From the NCBI GenBank assembly GCA_010909165.1, contig MU008180.1, positions 433,884 through 497,883 on the forward strand: a stretch of 64,000 nucleotides of DNA. Direction: 5' to 3'. A model generated the notes under the pieces. That model was not told the DNA's origin, did not search any database, and saw only the letters and a list, made by a program, of their open reading frames with translations. The DNA is from Anthoceros angustus (taxonomy: Eukaryota; Plantae; Anthocerotophyta). The position numbers were made by a program, and so were the translations under genes. Positions 23,450-36,930 of the stretch are shown one piece after another. Every line of letters begins with the position of its first letter. Position 1 is the stretch's first letter.

Positions 23450-25200
23450 GTGCGCACATGGAGACGGAGGTTGGTAAAAGCACAAAGTCAGTACTATGCA
23501 CATGAAAACATGTCCAGCTACATGCTCACATACTCAACACCGTCATCGTAGTCACCCTCCACCTCCGATATTTGGACATCTCCATTGACAGATTTTGGTG
23601 GTGGGGGCACATCAAACTGCACCCACGGATATTCTTCTTGAGTTTGAGTAGCCATTGCATTAGAACCATCAGTGTTAATGTTACAATAGAGTGCACAAAT
23701 GACAAATCACATCTCATACACACTATTTTTATCACACTAAAAGAATGGCGATAAAAACAATCTGAGCCCGGTTTAGGAACGCGGCTTTAACCAAAGCTAT
23801 CTTTCTTTAGAATGCTAGTAGCAAAATTGGTACAAGATACACTGGCTATTAATAAGACTTGGACATATCATCTTGTGCCTAGTTAATTTTGCTTCCTAAT
23901 CTTTGCTAGCGGTGGCATCTACATCCAGCCAAGACGGTTCCTAAGTTGGTACAATGATGTATGTACACCAACCCTTATCGGCGTGCAACGGATCCGGGTG
24001 GAGCAAACATTGAGTAACTTGAGAAGGCCAAACAAAAGGTCTGGCAGATCTGGCGAATTTGTAAAATTTCAAGTACATCATGACATAGAGAAGACATTCA
24101 CTACTACCCATTTTTGAGTTGTTCTCATCTACCTCCTAATTCGTTTTTTTTTTTGCGAAAAACTTTACTCAAAACCTCTACCTTCCATTTCTTGCAAACA
24201 CCTTTATCCTGAGTAGCATCACCACGTAGAAGGTTGGTGAGTTCTGGCAAATAATCCTATCTATGCAAGTTCGGCTGGTGCTGCTATAGCCTTGTGGGCC
24301 ATGTCCCGCAAAACCTCCTCATACGTGGGTGGCCTTGGACGTGGATAGTCCTCCATTGTAACTAGCACTGTCTGTGTACTATGCTGGGTCACCAAGTGGA
24401 AGTTACATACGGTAGCTTTCGTAGATGTCTTTCAAATGAGCATACCGTTCGAAATAAAGTTCGTGCCAAAATTCAACTCACGCTCGAGATCCTTTGACAA
24501 CAATTTCCGTGAGAGTGCTGAGCCCGGGGTAGTCTACAATGACATGCAAGATGGCTGCCCTCAAGCATAAATGCCAAATGCTATCGTCAGGTGGCTTAGA
24601 ATGATCCTCTACCCATATGCCATCCCATAAATCTCGCAATTCCTGCAGTAGGGGCTCCATATACACATCAACGTGGGCCACAATGCGTGGGCCCGGGACT
24701 ATTACAGTCATAAGAGCGTAAGTCGATTTCGTTGTCATTGATAGCGGCAGGTTGTGTATGAAGCCATATTGTTGTGTTTGCATATTGATGTGCCCAAACT
24801 AGTTGAACTGTCGGTGGTGCCAGGGCAAACCTTATGTTCCGTGGTTATGGCATCCAAATGACGTCAAGTAGTACTATCCACCATTATGGCCATATGACCA
24901 TCACAGGTGCTAGCCATTTGCACCTGAGAAGTAAGGAGTTGAGCTTGTTCTAGCAATTTGAACATCCACGCATGAGTTCATTGCAACTCCACATTCAAGT
25001 GACCTTTGGACGAATCAGTACTAGGATGAGTCTCACGCATCCCTGTTTCATGGCTTTATGGGGCCGCTTGTTATAAGTGCCCTATGGGGTCACTTCTGAA
25101 TGAAATCTTAGCCTCGTCCCTGCTCAGGGTGTGTGAAGTTACATGTTGTAAGAGCCCTATGGGGCTCCTCTTGAATGAAACCCTCGAGCGGGTCTTCCAT
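23450..25200 (-). mobile_element. Degenerate CACTA (En/Spm) transposon relic, Tnp2/Transposase_21-like fragment
   Basis: 24478-24783 encodes HNLP...IVPGP...VDVYMEPLLQELRDLWDGI...LRAAILHVIVDYPGL, the CACTA transposase signature. Flanked by stops and frameshifts in AT-rich DNA. GCCCTATGGGG...GAATGAAA repeats at about 25079 and 25154. Boundaries approximate. Confidence 0.78.
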
Positions 25201-26228
25201 GTAAACTTTGATATATTTATACAATCTCCGAAATCGCTATAAAAAAAAAGCCACTATCTTGTCATAACAAGGATAATGTACTATTATATTATTCAGAATT
25301 TCTTTTAAAATCTATGTTGTAAATGAGGGACGTGGGTTAGTTGCATTGCTGGGTCTTGCCAGGATCAAACTGTTCATGGTGGGTGTTGGTCTAGAGCTAT
25401 GTAACAAAAATACACATATTTTATAATATAATATATATATTAGATATGTTCCATATTATATGAGTATAATATTAATATTCCTTTATGGTAGAATTTTAAC
25501 CTTTTCTTGGAGTTTTTTCTGGTGTATTTGGGCAAGCTTAGTTAAGAAGATGGATCTAAAAAAAAAAAGTTCAGTAGGGAAAAAAACACCAAGAAAAATA
25601 GGTCGTATTATTCTTCAAAGCTCATCTTTCAAGGGACCATAAAAAAACACACTATGGAAACCATAACACGGAAATATGGTATGCAAACATCTTCGAGACG
25701 CTATGCATAGGTCTATTGTGTGATACTACTGGTGTGAGTGGAGTCGGGAGTGGAACACATGTTTCTAGTGCCTTGTCCCGCATTTGCCCCGTGTTTGGGT
25801 TGTTTTGAATTTCTATTGGCACCAGGCATGCTTTGGTACCACCACTTCTTCCAGTCACGTGCTGCCTGAGGTAGAGCCCCCGAATCGAAAATCACAATAT
25901 TTGGTGGTTCCTGACGTACAGCCCCGCTACTGAATCGAATATCACACTATTTACATTTCATACTCACATTTTGCCTACTACTGGTGACATTGTTGTTAAT
26001 TACGATTACGATCATGGAGTGATCGGTCCCGTGCAGGAGAGGAGGAGACAGCCCCTTGCACTGGGGGCCAGTTTTGCAGGGCCATGACGGCCTTTTTAGA
26101 GAACTGTCTTGTCTTTCTAGGGGATTAATGACGTCGTTGGTTCGTGTTGGGAGAACGGAGGTGTCGCATCCATCGGTATGCATGTGACGCGATGAAATGA
26201 AAGTTAGAAGGAAGTGACATGGAAATAT

Positions 26229-29200
26229 TTATCCAGCAGCACTTCCCTCTACCTTCATCTGTGACCTCAGCTCCGCAACCTTTCGGTAGATGTGTTCCGT
26301 TTGGCGGTGCCTGCTGTCTCCCACCAGAAACTGGTGCATCTCGTGATTACATTCAATCCAGCTCAAGCCGGGTTTCTTGTGAGCACCTACTTCCTGTCTG
26401 AGCTCGTCTATCTCTTTCGCGCAATCCCACATGCCAGCTTGGGAGTATATGGTTGACATAATCATATGTGCCGCAGCGTGTTCAGGTTCTAAGGAGATTA
26501 AGTTGTCAAAGGCCCGTCTTCCCATCTCCACGTTGCCATATTTCCGGCAGGAACCAAGCAATGATAGCCACACAGATACGGAAGGCTGCATGGGCATACC
26601 CAAGGCCAACTGCTCTGCCTTTCCTAGCAATCCTGCTCGGCCAAGCAGATCCACCATACCCGCATAATGCTCCATTTCTGCAATGATACCGTGATCTTTG
26701 GCCATTGACTCGAAGTACCCAACACCTTTAACAACCATGCACGCATGGGTGCATGCGGAAAGAAGGGAAACAAAAGTGACCGCATCCGGCTTGACCCCTG
26801 CCTGCTGCATTCTCTCGAAGCATTGGAAGCTTTTGTCGTAATCTCCCTGTCGCGCATATCCCGAGATCAATGTGTTCCACGCGATCGTTCCTGGAAGAAG
26901 CATAGAGTCAAACGCCTCCTGGGCGTCTGCCATGCTCCCACATTTGCAGTATGCATGACAAAGAGCAGAAGCTAGAACACCAGTCAACTGATACCCATTT
27001 CCTATCACATGACGATGGATCTGAATGCAAACATCCAGGGCCCCCACATTGCTACAGGCTCTTAGGATGCACAGGAACGTAGCTTCATCTGGTCTAAACC
27101 TTGCTTCCTGCATTTGAGTATAGAGCTGCAATGCCCTCTCATATTGTTCGAGCTCACAATACCCGGCAATCATTGCATTCCAGGATACAACGTTGCGTTG
27201 CGGCAGTGTGTCAAATACATGGCATGCATCCTGCATGCTACCACAATTTGCAAACATCGCAATGAGCGAGTTCCCAACGAACCCATCTGACTCGTGATCA
27301 CTCTGAACCACTTCCATATGTATTGCCTTCCCTTGCCTAAGAGACTCCACTTTGATTGTATGCCCATCTAGTGCTATTCCTGCTTCATTTCTCGCATTGT
27401 CAACACATGCTTTAATCGCACTGACAAAGGTCCACGAATCTGGTTGAATGCCTTCCTCCTTCATCTGTGCAAACAGTTTTAAAGCTTGCTTCCTGAATCC
27501 CAGCTGTGTGTATCCTGCAATCATTGCATTCCAAGACACTACATTCCTCTGGGACATCGAGTCGAACACCTGCCGTGCATCCGTAATGCTCCCACAGTTA
27601 GCATACATATTGAGAAGGCTGCTGCCTACAAAAAGGTCTGATTCATATCCTCTTCGAACTACTTCAGCATGTATTGCCTTCCCAATCTGGAAAGCGTTCC
27701 TTTTCACCGATTGTATATTTACCTCTGCGTCCTCTTCTTGCGTGGCACTGATGCTGCATGCCTTCAGCACGCTGATGAAGGTTCGAAGGTCTGGTTTGAC
27801 ACCATTCTCTTGCATTTGAAAATATAGTTGCAAAGCTTGCTCACCATTCTCCTGCTCCACATATCCAGCAATCATGGCATTCCAGGACACTATGTTGCGC
27901 TGAGAGGAATTGTCAAATATACTCCTTGCGTCCACAAGGCACCCACACTTTGCATACATATCAATGGCACTGTTGATAATGTAGACATCGGATGCATAAC
28001 CATTTTGAACAGCATGAGCATATATAGCGTTTCCCTTCTGCAAAGACTTCACTTTGACTGTTTGGCCTTCAACATGGGTGCTTGATTCCCTGATTGCAAG
28101 GCTGCTACATGCCTTGAGCAAGCTGACCATTGTCCAAATGTCTGGTCTGGCACCTTCCCGTTGCATGACGTGATACAGTTCCAATGCCTTATCACCCAGC
28201 TCTCCCTCAGCATATCCAGCTATCATGGAATTCCAAGAAACAAGGTTCCGCTCTGGCAAAGTGTCAAATACTCGTCGAGCATCTGCAATACTCCCACATT
28301 TTGCATACACTTCGATAAGAGTGTTCATAACAAACAAATTCGACCCATAACCTCTTTGGGTGGCTTCATCATACAATGCCATTCCCTGCTGCAAGGACTT
28401 CGCTTTGATGTCTTGTCCACTCATCAAAACACTCTGTTCATTCTGTGAATTGTTGCTACATGCTTTGAGAACATTGACAAAAGTTCGAGAGTCTGGCTGG
28501 ATTCCTTCTTTTTTCATTTCAGAGAACAAATGCAAGGCTTCTTCATTCTGTTTATGAGCAACATATCCTGTAATCATTGCATTCCATGCCATCACATTGC
28601 GCTGGGACAATGTATTAAAGACATATTGGGCCTCTGCAATACTCCCACAGCTGGCGTACATGCTAATGATGCTGCTTCCAACATAAAAATCTGATCCATA
28701 GCCCCTTTGGACAGCATCAGCACATATTAGCTTCCCCTTTTGCAGCGTGTGCAACTTCATGGTCTGCTCACCAATCAGAGTAGGTGGTTCTCTGTCCGCC
28801 AGACTGATGCACGCTTTGAGCGCACAGACAAAAGTCCGATCAGTTGGTGTGACACCCTCATCCAGCATTCGAAAGTATAATCGCAAAGCTTCCTCACCTT
28901 GTTCAAGTTCAGCATACCTTGCAATCATTGCATTCCATGACACCACATTGCGCTCTGGCAACATTTCAAACAGACATACTGCATCTCTAATGCTTCCAGA
29001 GCTTGCAAGCATGTTAACCAGAGAGCTGCCTACATAAACATCTGATTCTCCGATTCGGACAACTTCAGCATATATTGCCCTTACCTTCCTCAACAACTCC
29101 GCTTTGACTAACTGCTCATCAACCATGCCGTTCGCTTCATGAACTCCAAGACTCCTACACGCTTTGAGCACACTCACAAAGGTCCGAGCATCTGGTTTAA

Positions 29201-30558
29201 CGCCTTCATCTTGCATTCGGGAATAGAGATGCCATGCACTATCCCCGTCTCCCTGTTCAGCATATCCTGAAATCATTGCATTCCATGACACCACACTTCT
29301 CTCACATAACGAGTCAAATATGCCACGTGCATCTACAATGCTCCCACAGCTTGCATACATATGGATAAGGGAATTTCCAACAAATACATCGGACAAACAA
29401 GAATGCCGAACTATGTCAGCATGTATCTGCTTTCCTTTCGCCAAGTCTGCTGAGCTGCAACAGGCTTTCAGTATGGTGAGAAACGTAAACCGGTTTGGCT
29501 GCACTCCTTGTTCCATCATTTGCTCATACATTCTCCAAGCCTCCCCACCTTGCCCGCCCTTGATGTAACTCGAAAGAACTGCATTCCAAGATGAAACAGT
29601 TCGGACCGGCAGTCTACGGAACACCTCCAGTGCATGTACAAGACCTCCACACTTGACCAGAGTGCACACAACAGTTTCACTCAAACAAACATCAGACTCC
29701 AGACCATGTCCGGTGATATGAGCATGCACTCGGATGGCCTGATCCAGAGCCTTCCGAACGGAGCACGCCTGCAAGAGGTACCTGTATGTCTGCACCGAAG
29801 GCACAGTGCCTTCCTGATCCATGCGAAGCAGGGCCTCCAAAGCTTTATCCAGCTGCCCCTCCTCACAAAACTTCTTCACCGTCGCAGGTTCACCGGAGTT
29901 ACTGCGTATCCTGCCAAATGCTTGACATCAATGGCAAACCTTTCAGTTCTTCTTTGGCCATGCTCCAACCAAAAATTCCAATAGTCCTCCACCTGGTACA
30001 AGCTAAAATGTGCCCATGGCCTGATGCAGAGGCTAATTACCTCACAGATTCCCTGCTTCCATGTCTATACTCTTCTGCCCCCGTCACCTCACTCTCCAGC
30101 TGTGCATGATATGCTAGCCTACAAAAAGGCTCGCAGATCCTCTTCGACCGAGCAGCACCGTCGTTTCCCCTAGGCCAAAATGCCGCAAGCCGAGAACCCC
30201 GCTGCACCAAGCAGCCAAACGTCCATACAACATGATTCAAAAGCACAATACAAAACACCCCAACAGACAAGCTACAAACAGCAGCAAGCAATCCTCCTAT
30301 CTGGCTTACAATGTGCCACAACTCCAAAGCCGTGCAGGACGATGTCTTATACACTCCTTCCACTCCAGTCCGTGCTGTGATCCTTCCATTGTCCAAATCT
30401 GCTGTGATCCTTCCATGGTCCAAATCTGCTGTAATCCTTCCGTTGTCCAAATCCAATGCAGGTGCTAGCCTTGGCACCAAACAAGCAGGATTGTGGCCGT
30501 ACTTCCTCCTCTCGGCCACACCACCTGCCGGCAGGAGTGACGCACCAAATCTGTTCAT
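26229..30558 (-). CDS. PLS-class pentatricopeptide repeat protein with LL motifs, E/E+ C-terminus, no DYW
   Basis: Main exon 29910-26229 has about 10 P-L-S triplets (VVSWNAMIAGY / TFVSVLKAC / VGSSLxNMYAxCG), E domain HYAGMVDLLGRAG and KKPGLSWIE. A phase-2 intron 30040-29911 links to the upstream ORF 30558-30041. The true start is uncertain. Confidence 0.88.
30373..30453. repeat. 27-bp tandem repeat x3
   Basis: TGCTGTRATCCTTCCRTKGTCCAAATC at 30373, 30400, 30427. Confidence 0.92.
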
Positions 30559-30857
30559 GCTGCTGGGAGCGGATTAAGCGGAAAGCTGGTAGGCTTCTGC
30601 ACGAACGCTTCCTGTTCCACTGCGTCTCCCAGCAGCTAATCAGACGAGAGAGAGGTTTATTAATGGAAGAGACTGTGACTAAGCAGCCGACCACAGAGAG
30701 AAACCTGGCGGTTTGGCTGCGGATCCCAGTGTAGGAGTCCGGTGGTGGGGAACGCCTGGTGGGTAGCATTTGTGGATGGAAAAATCAGCGTGGGCTTCCC
30801 CAGAATGCGTGGCTTGTATCTGATGCCGCAGCCGAAAGCAACGGTTGCAGTGACCAC

Positions 30858-33047
30858 ATGAGCATGGCATTGCGGCTGGGCATAGTATGCTCCATGCTGC
30901 CAACTTTCAGAAGAAAGCTGGCTCTGCACCGCCCCATCTCCTCCCCTCTGTCGTTGTCTCTCGTCCGCCAGCTCGGCTTTATCCCTTTCTCTGCAGTTGC
31001 ACGTTGCAGGAGGTGTGTGCTCAGCTCCCAGCTCCGCGTCCAGAAGTCGCAGCTGTCAGTTGTGTCGATTCTCGATGAGGATGAAGATGAAATTCTCCAC
31101 CTCAGAGGTATTGAGGAAAGGGGCACCGAGGATGCAGATGCTGGGACCAGCGGGAGGCTGGGTGATGATTTTGGAGTCTGGACCATCGCTGGGAGGGATT
31201 TGTGGTTGAAGGGATTGGAGGAGGAAGTTGAGAGAATGTACCTTTCTCGGGCAGGGAGTGTGCAAGCGAGCACAAACTTGAAGATAGAGTCATGGGAACA
31301 AGGCTACGTTTCTGGAGGTCAATGGAAGATTTCATCACCTCTGGGATGCAGCTCGTGTGGCGATGATTTCTGGACTGGCATTGTTGCAGGGGATGACACT
31401 CCAGCTTCCAGCTCCTGTTCAGCCTCTTGTTTTAGTGATATTGTCTGTGAGTCGCAGCGATTCCCGAATTTGGTATCAGATGGGACCGAGCTGATTGGTG
31501 GCGTTCAGGGAAGAAGGCGAAGGGAGTTGGGGAGCGTTTCCTGCCGTACTTCGCGGTCACCATCTAGGTTTTTCTTAGCTTTAGGATCAAAATGTCACTG
31601 GCTATCCAGCCCCGGCAGATTTCCGAGGTGGTTTCGTGATGGTGCTTTCCAGTCCCCGCGCAGGGGAACAGCTCCAAGGTACATGTATTCCACAGGTGCT
31701 CCAGTATCTGCCGAGTCTCCCGTTCAGACAGACGGTCGTTGCGATGGCGAATATGGTGCAGTGAAGCCACTGAGGGAAATCCCCACATCTACTTCTTCGC
31801 GACCGAACGACGAGTCTGAGAACAGCTCCGAGGTAGGTGGTTGATGGTATTATTTGGAGTTGGACTCGTTGAATTCTCTGTGCGATGTTGTGGGTTGTCC
31901 CAATTTGTCAACATTCAGTGGGTGGTGCACAGGGGCTTGTCACTTCCGGTCTCCCTTCCTTGGACGAAGAGAAGCTTCAGATGTGGAGAGGTGACAGTGT
32001 TCGAGGGGTTGATCAGAGGCCTATGTCCGAGTCCGAGCTGCGATCAGGATGCGGTCCTTGTTATGTTGATGGGGATGAATCATCCACGGTTTCAGCAGAT
32101 GACGAAGGAGGAGAAAGTCAGATGCAGGTAAACCTCCCTCCTTTCGCTGTGCGGAAGTCAGGCTGGCTGGTTGTGTACCAGTTGTAATGCCATCCACTTT
32201 GTTTGCTCAGGCAGCTGTACTCAAGGCATTGGAGCAGTCCCTAGGCTCACCTCTTGGACGGGAGCCTCAAGTCCCACGACCTAAGCCTCTGGTCATTGTC
32301 ATCAGCGGCCCCAGCGGTGTAGGCAAGGATGTGGTCATCAAGGTCTGGTGCACTTGTGGCTTCCATCCATTATGTGTTACCTTGCCAAGATGAAAGAAGT
32401 CCCCCCTCACCGAATCCATCTTTGAATGCAGAGGCTACAAGAGCTCCGGAAAGACGTCCATTTCGTAGTGACAGCCACAACACGCCCACAACGGCCGGGG
32501 GAAGTCGACGGACTCGACTACTTCTTTGTAAGCAAGAAAGAGTTCGTGTCTATGGTGGAGAATGGGGAGCTGTTGGAGCATGCACTGGTGTACGGAGATT
32601 ACAAGGGCATACCCAAACAACAGGTTCACACCTTGTGCAGTAGACACCAACACAACAGGCATCTGCTGACCAAAGCACGCGCTAACTGACATGACCCTGC
32701 TTGTCCAGGTGCGAGACTGCATGGCCAGGGGAACTGATGTAGTCCTAAGAGTGGATGTCCAGGGAGCTGCCACCGTGCGCTCCATCCTCGGATCAAACGC
32801 AGTGTTCATATTTTTGGTGGCGGAAAACGAGACCTCCCTGGTCAAGAGGCTGCTCACCCGCAAAACAGAGACTCTAGACAAGGTCATCCTGCGGATAGCC
32901 ACAGCCCGTGAGGAGCTGAAGAGACTGGATGAGTTCGACTACGCAGTGGTGAATGCAGATGGGCAACTCGACAGGACAGTTTCCTCCATCTGCTGCATCA
33001 TCGATGCGGAGAAAGCCAGAGTCAAACAGCGTGTTGCCGCCATCTAG
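30858..33047 (+). CDS. GK3: Organellar (plastid/mitochondrial) guanylate kinase with long N-terminal extension
   Basis: Exons 30858-31832, 31933-32127, 32211-32342, 32432-32623, 32709-33047 (all phase 0). [12 protein letters not shown]-loop, [38 protein letters not shown]. Confidence 0.88.
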
Positions 33048-33288
33048 ACTTAGCGTGACATAATCTCGTATATCGTTCAAGTATTTCAGACATTGTGTCT
33101 TCACACATTACCCGGAAGGGTTCAGGGTTTAAGCTTTCCCTACCCGCAAGATCAAGCATTCGGGGTGCAACTATCTTGGGACTCTTGCACTGTGAATGCT
33201 GCGATTTTGCTCTCTGCGAGGTGCATCGAGCAATGGCCATGGGGCCCATGGCCTGACAGGCTCATGGCCTGAGGAGGAGTCACAGAAG

Positions 33289-36200
33289 ATGGCAATGCGG
33301 CTGGGAATCGTCTGCCATGTCTTCCCCAGCTGCCGGACCAGGCTGGGCTCACAGCGCCGCTTCTTCTCGCTCTCGATCTCCCGGCACCATGCCCACTCGC
33401 ACTCGGTGCGGAATTCCCTGCCCTCGTCACAGACACCTGGCCGCGAGAGGGTGCTGCCCGGCTTCCGGCGCCGCCTTCCTTGTAGATTGCAGGCGACATC
33501 GTCCTCCGGTGTCGATGGAGAAGGGGAGTGGGAGATTTCCGACTCCAGGGCTGGCAGGGAGGTGGACGAGGATGTGGGCACCAGCGGGCAAGGAACGGGG
33601 CCGCCCAGGAGCGGGAGGCTGGGGGGAAGAGGGGAGCGGAGGCAGGTTGATTGGATGCGAGGTTGGGATGATGGTCTCGGCGTGGAAACGGGGAGTGAAT
33701 TCGACAATTCGGGCGCAGGCAGGGACAGTGGGAGGGGCGGGGCACGGAGGACTGTGAACGGGGTTGATGACAGACGTGACAATGGGAGCGCGCGGTTTCG
33801 GCGGTCGGAGTCTGGGTCTCAGGCTTCCTCGTCGGATACGAGACGTGAGGCGTTCAGCAGGTTCTTGCACAGGGGGTCCAGGCAAGGGGATCAGGTGGGA
33901 GAGTCCCCGGAATGGGAGCCTGGGTTCTATGCCAATGACTCCCGAACGTCCCCCGCAGGGACCAGCAGCTCCCCTTGGTCCAGGCTGAGTAAGTCCTTGA
34001 GCGAGGCTCCTGCTCAGGATTCTGCGGGGCAAGGAAGTGGGGTTGGTGGAAGGAGGCAGGTTTCGAGCTCTCCTGTGGCTCCGGTTAAGCCTGACAGTGG
34101 GTTGCCTCCTCTGTCCAAGTTCTTTCCGGATAGCATTGTGAATCCGTTCTCAAATCCTCCTGCGCGCCGTGGGTTTTTCTCGCAGCTGGAGGGTGATGAG
34201 GATGCTGCTGTGGAGGGGAGGAAGTTGGGGGAGGACCTTTGGGGGACGAGGAATCCTGCAGCCCGGTTTGCTTCCAAGTCTGTGGGGTCACGGTCTGTGC
34301 CGTCCAACCCGTCAATACCTGGGAGATATTCGAAGTACAGCAAGAAAAAAAGTGCAGGGCCACCTAGAATGTACTCCACATCTGCTCCGGTTGCTGTGGA
34401 TGTTCCCACCAAGTCCTCTCAGGTGTTGGATACACAGCCTCGGCAGAACCCTGCTCCCTGGCTGACGGAAGATTCTGTCGAGGAAGATGTTGTGGTGCAC
34501 CCTAACTTAACAGAGGAGGCTACTTCCCCTACCAAGAGTGTGCCTTCCCTTGGTGTGACAGGTCCCTCTTTTAGCCCAGATGTGTCCCCTTCTGAAAAGC
34601 CTGAGAATTCTCCTCCCAGTCAAATTTCTGCAGGGGACCAGTCTTCTGTAGATAAGGGTGTCAGATCAGATGAGGTGCATGAAAGCTTTCCATCTCCAGT
34701 GCCCACGCCCCTGCCCTTCGAGTTTCAGTACAGCTACTCCGAGGTTCCGAAGGTGGCACCTGTTAAGGTCCGTAACCAGTTCTCTCCGTTTGGGCCTCAG
34801 ACAATGGATCGTCCTTGGACAGGGAAGGCCCCCTTGAAGAAAAGCAAGAAGAAGAATGCTCCTGAGTTTGATTCTTTCAACCCACCTCCTCAGAAGAAGG
34901 GCATTAAGTTTGTGCAGCAACCAGGGCCCTTTCCTGCAGGTCAGGGCCCCAAGCCAGCGAAGACGCGAGAGGAGATTATTGGGGAGCCTTTGACGAAGGC
35001 TGAGATAAAAGAGCTGGTGGAGAGTTGCATCAAGGGTAATCGTCAACTTAATCTCGGTAAGCTCTATGGCAGTTGCTTGTGCTTTGTATTTTGAGAAGTC
35101 TCACTGTGGTTCAGAATTTAGCCTGCTCCTTGTTTACTACCGTTTGTTCTGTTTATATTCAGGAAGGGATGGTTTGACTCACAACATGCTTGACCTGGTC
35201 CATTCACACTGGAAAAGGCGGCGTTGCATCAAAATCAAATGCAAGGGGGTTCCTACTGTGGACATGGATAATGTGTGCTTTCACCTTGAGGTAGGTTCTC
35301 GTAATCAAGGGCCCTTCATCAGGCGGTGTAGTTCTGAAGGGTATTGACTGAGCTTACATTTGTGTACAGGATAAGACTGGTGGGTTAATCATAGAGCGTG
35401 TAGGTGGTACAGTCTATCTCTATCGAGGACGGTACTACAACTATAAAGACAGACCATTCATCCCGCTGATGCTGTGGAAACCTCTGTCACCTATTTATCC
35501 GAAGCTTATCAAGGCTGTTCCAGATGGGATGACGAGGGAAGAGGTTCATGAACTGCGAAAGAGAGGTCGCCGTATTACTCCATTGAAGAAGCTCAGTATG
35601 TTCTTTGTACTCATCCTTGCCCTCATTTCAATGTCCCTCACTCCGAGGCTGCATAAGAACAGCTGTAAAGCATATGTGATCCTGAGTGCTTACCAGATTT
35701 CTTGATCTCTCCTGGCAGATAAGAATGGAGTTTATATGCACCTGGTTCAAGAGGTGCGGGATGGCTTCTTGTTTGACGATCTTGTGCGAATAGACTGCAA
35801 GGGTCTGAATCCAAGCGACTACAAGAAAATAGGGGCCAAGTTGAAGGTGAGTTTCCTTTTCTGGCATACGAAAGAAGCAAGTAGGCAGCAGTCTCCTCGT
35901 AAGTGTCTCTGACTAGTGCTGTGGGTGACATGCACAGGACCTGGTTCCCTGTGTCCTCCTCTCCTTCGAGAAAGAACAACTTCTGTTGTGGAAAGGACGG
36001 GACTTGGAGGCAGCTGAGTCACAGAAGCACCCCGTCTCCGATTCCAGTACACCTGGGACAGTTGATTCGGAAGGTTCTGATGATTCTGACAGTGGTTCAG
36101 ATGTCGAATTGGCTGATGAGAGCTCTGTAGAATCTGATGACTCTAATGTGAAGGCAGAACAAACTGTCCATGATGGTGCAACCGCAGAACTGGACTCTGT

Positions 36201-36627
36201 GGATAGTACGCTGGTGGTGGCCGAGCTCCGATCAGAGCAAGTTTTGTCAGAAATTGAGGACAAGGGCTCGGAGGCAGCTGTCAAGTCTGACGGTGAGAAC
36301 AGCAACGGTAGCTCTACAACGGGGCTTGCAGGAAATGAGCCGGGAGAGAGGAGCCCATTGGATGAGCTTTGGGAGGGAGCTATAGAGGCTGGATCTGCTG
36401 TTACTCTAGATCAACCGGAGTCCTTAGATCTGGATCAGCTGAAGGAGAAAGCACAAACTCTTTACGTCCCACCCCCTAGACAGGACACTAGACATGCTAA
36501 GGACAAGAGTAGGGTCAAGCAGAAAAAGACGGTCGAAGAACCCAGTCCGATTCCCTTCTCCTCGACAACGGAGAGAGGCCTGCCATTGGATGAGCTAGCA
36601 AAGTTGCTCTCACCCGAAGTAAACTGA
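33289..36627 (+). CDS. CAF1: CRS2-associated factor (CAF1/CAF2-like), two CRM domains, plastid group II intron splicing
   Basis: Exons about 33289-35056, 35163-35290, 35370-35595, 35719-35846, 35938-36627. [71 protein letters not shown]. Confidence 0.92.
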
Positions 36628-36704
36628 TTGTAGCAAGGCATCTCATCGGATGAGCTAGCAAAGTTGCTCTCACCCCATGTAAACTGATTGTAGCAAGGTA
36701 TCTC
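36588..36704. repeat. 60-bp-period tandem duplication spanning the CAF stop codon
   Basis: GGATGAGCTAGCAAAGTTGCTCTCACCC...GTAAACTGATTGTAGCAAGGYATCTC at 36588 and 36648. Confidence 0.92.
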
Positions 36705-36930
36705 TCTTTGGCGGTTGAACTAGATATTACATTGTAACATGGTTAAAACGCATCTCAACACAGAGCAATCCAGGTGGGGAAGTCCTCCCGGAAACAGGCA
36801 AATTGGGAAGTCAATAGTGACCACAAAAAAGGTGCAGGAAATGTTTCATGATGTACAAAAACCTAAGTCAGGGTGTTACGGCTCATGCCTTGCGATGCCC
36901 CAGAAATTCTAGCTGCGAGCAATCCGTAGA

